Source: Acidobacteriota bacterium (GTDB taxonomy: Bacteria > Acidobacteriota > UBA6911 > RPQK01 > JAJDTT01). From it: a stretch of 64,000 nucleotides of DNA. The DNA lies in the NCBI GenBank assembly GCA_965209055.1, contig OZ242374.1, positions 3,264,001 through 3,328,000 on the forward strand, written 5' to 3'. Positions 60,801-64,000 of this stretch are shown here, one piece after another. Below the pieces are notes generated by a model that worked only from the letters and a program-made list of their open reading frames with translations, ran no database searches and had not been told where the DNA came from. The position numbers and the translations under genes are program-made. Each line of letters begins with the position of its first letter. Positions within the stretch are counted from its first letter, which is position 1.

Positions 60801-63152
60801 TTGGGGGAATGGTTTGGTGTCGTTGTCGATGGACAAGGGCGCGTAGTGGGGCTGGACCTCACCAGGAATCAACTGACGGGACGGGTCCCGGCGGAGTTGG
60901 GCAGCCTCTCCAATCTGACGGACCTGGACCTTTCTGGGAACCGACTGGTGGGACCGGTTCCGCCGGAGTTGGGCGGCCTGTCCGATCTGACGGAGGTGTC
61001 CCTCTCCGGGAACCAGTTGACGGGACCGGTTCCACCAGAGTTGGGCGGCCTGTCCAATCTGACCGACATGTCCCTCTCCGGGAACCAGTTGACGGGACCG
61101 GTTCCACCGGAGTTGGGCGGCCTGTCCAATCTGACGAGGTTGTCCCTCAGTCTGAACCGGTTGACGGGGCCGATCCCGCCGGAGTTGGGTCGCCTGTCCA
61201 GTCTGACAAGGCTTTACCTCAGCAATAACCGGTTGACGGGACCGGTCCCGCCGGAACTCGGACGCCTCTCCCGGCTGGAGTTCCTGTTCCTCGCCGGGAA
61301 TCAGTTGACGGGGCCGATCCCGACGGAACTCGGACGCCTCTCCCGGCTGGGGATACTGGAACTCGACGGGAACCGGCTGACGGGACCGATCCCGCGAGAA
61401 CTGGGCGCACTCTCCAAGTTGTCGATCCTGCGCCTCAATGACAATCAGTTGACGGGGCCGATCCCGCCGCAATGGGGCGGGATGGAAAAACTGTTCATTC
61501 TGTCCCTGACCAGGAACACCGGGTTGTCCGGAGCACTCCCGGACCGCCTGACGGAACTCGAAGATCTTCGGGAGCTACAGGCCGGAGGGACAGGTCTTTG
61601 TGTCCCTTCCGGCGACAGATTTCAAGACTGGCTGGATCGGATATGGAAATGGCGGATCAGACCCTGCTTTCTCCACAGCCTGCCGAGGGCGATTCTGACC
61701 CAGGCCGTCCAGTCACGGGAGTTTCCGGTTCCACTCGTTGCCGGCGAACAGGCCCTGCTGCGGGTGTTCCTGACGGCGTCTGACGGGTACGAACGGCTGC
61801 CTCCGGTCCGGGCCCGATTCTACGTCCGAGGCCGGGAGAGACACGTCGTGGACATCCCGGGGACCTCCACTCCGGTTCCGGCCGAAGTCGACGAGGGATC
61901 GCTCTTGTCCTCGGCCCACGGCGAAGTTCCGGGAGAGATCGTGCAGCCGGGCCTGGAGATGGTCATCGAGATCGACCCTGAGACAACTCTGGGATCCGGG
62001 GCGGGTCTGACGAAGCGGATTCCGGAGACCGGCCGGTCGGCGGTCGACGTGCGGGCGATGCCCACTTTCGATCTCACGCTGATTCCGTTTCTCTGGCGCC
62101 CGGCTCAGGACAAGTCGATCTTGGAGATGGTGGAAGGCATGGCCGCAGACCCCGAGGGCCACGAAATGCTCTGGGACACGCGCGTGCTGCTGCCGATCGG
62201 CGAACTCGAGGTGAAGGCCCACGAACCGGTGCTGAGTTCCAGCAACAACACCTTTTCGCTGATGATTCAGTCCCAAGCGATCCGGGCCATGGAGGGCGCC
62301 AGCGGTTACTACCTGGGGTTGATGTCAGGGCCGGTGACGGGTCCGTCCGGGATAGCTGATTCGAGCGGAAAGGTCAGTGTCGCGATACCTCAAGGAGCGA
62401 CGATGGCGCACGAACTCGGGCACAACCTGCGTCTTTCCCACGCGCCGTGCGGGGGCGCCGGCAACCCGGACCGTTCGTTTCCAAAAACCGATGGGTCCAT
62501 CGGCGCCTGGGGGTACGATTTCCGTGAAGGGGGCCGACTGGTGCCGCCAACTCAATCCGATCTGATGTCCTACTGCAGCTCCCGTTGGATCAGCGATTAC
62601 CATTTCACGAACGCCCTCCGGCGCCAGTTGTTCACCTCCCCCAGCCGTGGCCGGTCGTCCCTGGTCGCCGCCCCGGGGATGTCCCTCCTCTTGTGGGGTG
62701 GCGTAGATGCCGGAGGCGCACCGTTCCTGGAACCGGCGTTCGTGGTCCGGGCCCCGGCCTTGCTGCCACGCTCGACCGGGGAGTACGAGATCATCGGACA
62801 GACCACTGACGGGGACGAGTTGTTCTCGCTCCAGTTCCGAATGCCGAAAGTAGCCGACGGAGACGGCAGTTCCTCCTTTGCCTTCGTCCTGCCCGTGCAC
62901 CCCGGATGGGCCCATCGATTGGCCGGCATCACCCTGTCCGGACCCGGTGGCTCAGTCACGTTGGATCCGGACACCGACCGGCCGGTCACCCTTCTGCGCA
63001 ATCCGGGGAACGGCCAGATTCGGGCCATCCTGCGCGGTGCGGAGGCCGCCCCCTCAAACCTGGACGCGACCGTGTCGGCGCTTTCGTTGGAACCGGGGTT
63101 GGAGAGGTGGACCAGCCGCGGAATCCCGGATCCGGAAGACTGGACACAATAG
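57828..63152 (+). CDS. Large LRR protein: duplicated N-terminal domain, Ig-like domain, plant-type LRRs, zinc metallopeptidase
   Basis: Two ~215-aa repeats (FPDYVDG.GWSVQ...SSLSAVPAIR), Thr/Ser-rich Ig-like segment, 24-aa LTGPIPPELGxLSNLxxLxLxxNQ repeats, HELGHNLRLSH and SDLMSYC. Start uncertain. Confidence 0.9.
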   Translation: MPVDGGVFLIHLLLRPGLSPVVAWWLFFVLSSAQTGGPLSEDVRGPADDPIARPAQQPGETVLYFPDYVDGGGWSVQVVLSNVDPDAAAEVRIEVYDPNGQAVRDLFGSELTFEIPSLGSRVWKSAGSGAIRRGWIQVGTDSPSVSGLLTYRDARSGVEVGVKPVELGSQFALFVEDSPSVGAGVAVFKPDDSSRLELRVRDEAGNDPLEGGFVSRGDFHQVANTLPEWFTVQGDDPGFLGDFRGLLFLETEEESPFAPVGLRFGKRTSSLSAVPAIRTQREEPQETDLLFPDYVDGEGWSVQLALSNFDPDAEAEARVEVYDAAGSPVADLFDSDLTLEIPSLGSRVLRSAGSGAIRRGWIQVRTDAAAVSGLLTYRDARSGIEVGVEPVGLGKEFALFVEESGTLGAGLALFKPEAGSGIELRFRDEEGNDPLDGVYVPWRDFHQSAQTLTEWLDVPGVDAESLADFRGLLFLRTGDESGFAPLGLRFGKRTSSLSAVPAIRILDGSGIDGGNAPPPTVTISASPTSIDRGGSTTLTWSSTSGESAEITPDVGEVPTSGTLKVTPNATTTYRIMVTGADGQTASASVTVTVAVSERAALGALFDALGGSGWTRSDNWGTGAPLADWYGVEVDSRGRVIELRMVVSIVDEDGRSQTTGIGLTGKIPPELGALSQLRVLDLRSNQLTGPIPPELGHLSNLTSLYLGNNQLTGPIPPELGRLSNLMWLNLNDNQLTGPIPPELSGLSNLRELYLFNNRLTGSLPAELGGLSNLTRMYLRNNQLTGPIPPSFLNLELDYFDFLDNANTGICAPGTTGFVRWLRGMEQYNGSYCNESDVAVLKFLYRATGGAEWTNSGGWLGDGAASEWHGVSTDSLGWVTGLDLSRNGLSGQVPGRLGELEHLTGLRIDGNPLSGRLPLSLARLSLREFRYGDTELCAPVDESFQAWLNAIPSHDGTGRKCMPLTDREILAALYDATGGPNWMQSNNWLTDSPLGEWFGVVVDGQGRVVGLDLTRNQLTGRVPAELGSLSNLTDLDLSGNRLVGPVPPELGGLSDLTEVSLSGNQLTGPVPPELGGLSNLTDMSLSGNQLTGPVPPELGGLSNLTRLSLSLNRLTGPIPPELGRLSSLTRLYLSNNRLTGPVPPELGRLSRLEFLFLAGNQLTGPIPTELGRLSRLGILELDGNRLTGPIPRELGALSKLSILRLNDNQLTGPIPPQWGGMEKLFILSLTRNTGLSGALPDRLTELEDLRELQAGGTGLCVPSGDRFQDWLDRIWKWRIRPCFLHSLPRAILTQAVQSREFPVPLVAGEQALLRVFLTASDGYERLPPVRARFYVRGRERHVVDIPGTSTPVPAEVDEGSLLSSAHGEVPGEIVQPGLEMVIEIDPETTLGSGAGLTKRIPETGRSAVDVRAMPTFDLTLIPFLWRPAQDKSILEMVEGMAADPEGHEMLWDTRVLLPIGELEVKAHEPVLSSSNNTFSLMIQSQAIRAMEGASGYYLGLMSGPVTGPSGIADSSGKVSVAIPQGATMAHELGHNLRLSHAPCGGAGNPDRSFPKTDGSIGAWGYDFREGGRLVPPTQSDLMSYCSSRWISDYHFTNALRRQLFTSPSRGRSSLVAAPGMSLLLWGGVDAGGAPFLEPAFVVRAPALLPRSTGEYEIIGQTTDGDELFSLQFRMPKVADGDGSSSFAFVLPVHPGWAHRLAGITLSGPGGSVTLDPDTDRPVTLLRNPGNGQIRAILRGAEAAPSNLDATVSALSLEPGLERWTSRGIPDPEDWTQ

Positions 63153-63189
63153 CTGACCACCCACTCTCCGCTTTGGTGCGCGTGCCGCC

Positions 63190-63334
63190 CGGGAGGGGCG
63201 AGATTCGGTCGATTCTGTCTCCGGTGAGGTATTGCAGAACGTCCAGATTGTGGATGCCGTGGTAGATGAGCTTCCCGCCTCCCGCCTTGGCCTTGGAAGT
63301 CACCCACGAGCCGTGGAATTCGGGGCGGGTCAGC
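63190..63334 (-). pseudogene. Internal fragment of a Gfo/Idh/MocA oxidoreductase
   Basis: LTRPEFHGSWVTSKAKAGGGKLIYHGIHNLDVLQYLTGDRI resembles the GGGxLxxxGxHxxD C-terminal-domain motif. Confidence 0.6.
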
Positions 63335-63421
63335 CGGGCCTGGGGTTACGTGATGCAGACCGGGGACATCGTCCGCTGGCTGCGAACGGGCGAGAAACGG
63401 GCCCGCACCCGCTTGCCGGCG
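63335..63421 (+). repeat. Diverged copy of the isochorismatase 3' end (57568-57654)
   Basis: 87 nt ungapped, 12 mismatches by manual count (6 synonymous); the stop codon is lost. Confidence 0.9.
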
Positions 63422-63473
63422 TCGTCTCCAGATTCTTGTGATCGTGTCCGTAGTTCCAAATCTGAAGCTGTGC

Positions 63474-63866
63474 TTATCGTTGCATCGCCGGTTCGGATTC
63501 AGGGGGACCACCAACTACCCAAACGACCTCGTTCGTCAGCACCCTGGCGAATCGGTCTCCACGGTGAATTAGCAGGGTCCATTCCTCGACGGTATAGACC
63601 AGAAGGTCGGCGGGGACCGGCAAACGTTCGTAGGGCCAGTCGCTTGCCCGTTCCAGATATGAAGCCTCGCTGTGCTCCACGATTGCGATGAGATCGATGT
63701 CGCTTCCGAACCCTGCCTCGTTCCGTGCGTAGGACCCGAAGTAGCCAAGGGCGGCAAGACCAGGCCGGACTTCGGTCTGGGCGTTGGCCCATGCCTCTAC
63801 TGAACGCAGAACGGTATCAGCCGCCGGCCAGCGTTTTATGGACGAAGTCGAGGAGGTTACGGGCAT
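63474..63866 (-). CDS. Minimal nucleotidyltransferase (MNT) antitoxin
   Basis: GYFGSYAR...GSDIDL motif. Confidence 0.88.
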   Translation of the reverse strand: MPVTSSTSSIKRWPAADTVLRSVEAWANAQTEVRPGLAALGYFGSYARNEAGFGSDIDLIAIVEHSEASYLERASDWPYERLPVPADLLVYTVEEWTLLIHRGDRFARVLTNEVVWVVGGPPESEPAMQR

Positions 63867-64000
63867 GGGAAACTGCTTGTGAGCTTTGGAGTGATCCGTA
63901 GTGTTCGAAGGCCGGGCCTTCCACGTGTCCGTTCGGATACCGGGCCGGGACGTAGTAGTTGTCCAGGATCCGTGCCTGGTCGATCAAGTCGGCGGGCGGC
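63817..64000 (-). CDS. HEPN domain protein (C-terminal part; start outside the window)
   Basis: Manual translation ...ARILDNYYVPARYPNGH...AVSHARNLLDFV...*; the LDxxYxxxRYP motif is typical; overlaps the MNT gene. Confidence 0.8.
   Translation of the reverse strand, partial: PPADLIDQARILDNYYVPARYPNGHVEGPAFEHYGSLQSSQAVSHARNLLDFVHKTLAGG

Noticed and set aside
59810-61560. 72-bp DNA repeats as a non-coding array
   Set aside because: They are in-frame LRR coding units.
57568-63421. DGR template/variable repeat pair
   Set aside because: Mismatches involve all bases rather than only adenines, and no reverse transcriptase is in the window.

Overview
GC-rich bacterial DNA. Gene content (DUF1553/DUF1501 and DUF1592/DUF1552 cytochrome modules, BNR/NHL/LRR/MORN repeat proteins, many sugar-acid oxidoreductases) suggests an Acidobacteriota/Planctomycete-like, possibly sponge-associated organism; this is inference. 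The backbone is metabolic and transport genes: MFS, GGT, NRAMP-like, FAH, sialidase-like, SSS, TPP enzyme, amidohydrolase pair plus Rieske, NagB-like, pckA, P450 and GCL-CBS. Several small accessory blocks are interleaved. Highlights: (1) a ThsB-like TIR plus membrane-protein pair; (2) accessory blocks bracketed by diverged ~90-bp direct copies of the 3' tail of the adjacent gene, with no integrase; (3) an IS110 remnant retaining a bridge-RNA-like non-coding end; (4) a 2-TM protein with an internal RBS/ATG and an Rpn-like AEGR-repeat tail, plus a stand-alone copy of that tail; (5) a 158-bp MITE with a CTAG duplication, two REP-like families, two TA loci and a 1774-aa LRR-metallopeptidase. No rRNA, tRNA or CRISPR array was seen. 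Family assignments come from motif recognition, not database searches.
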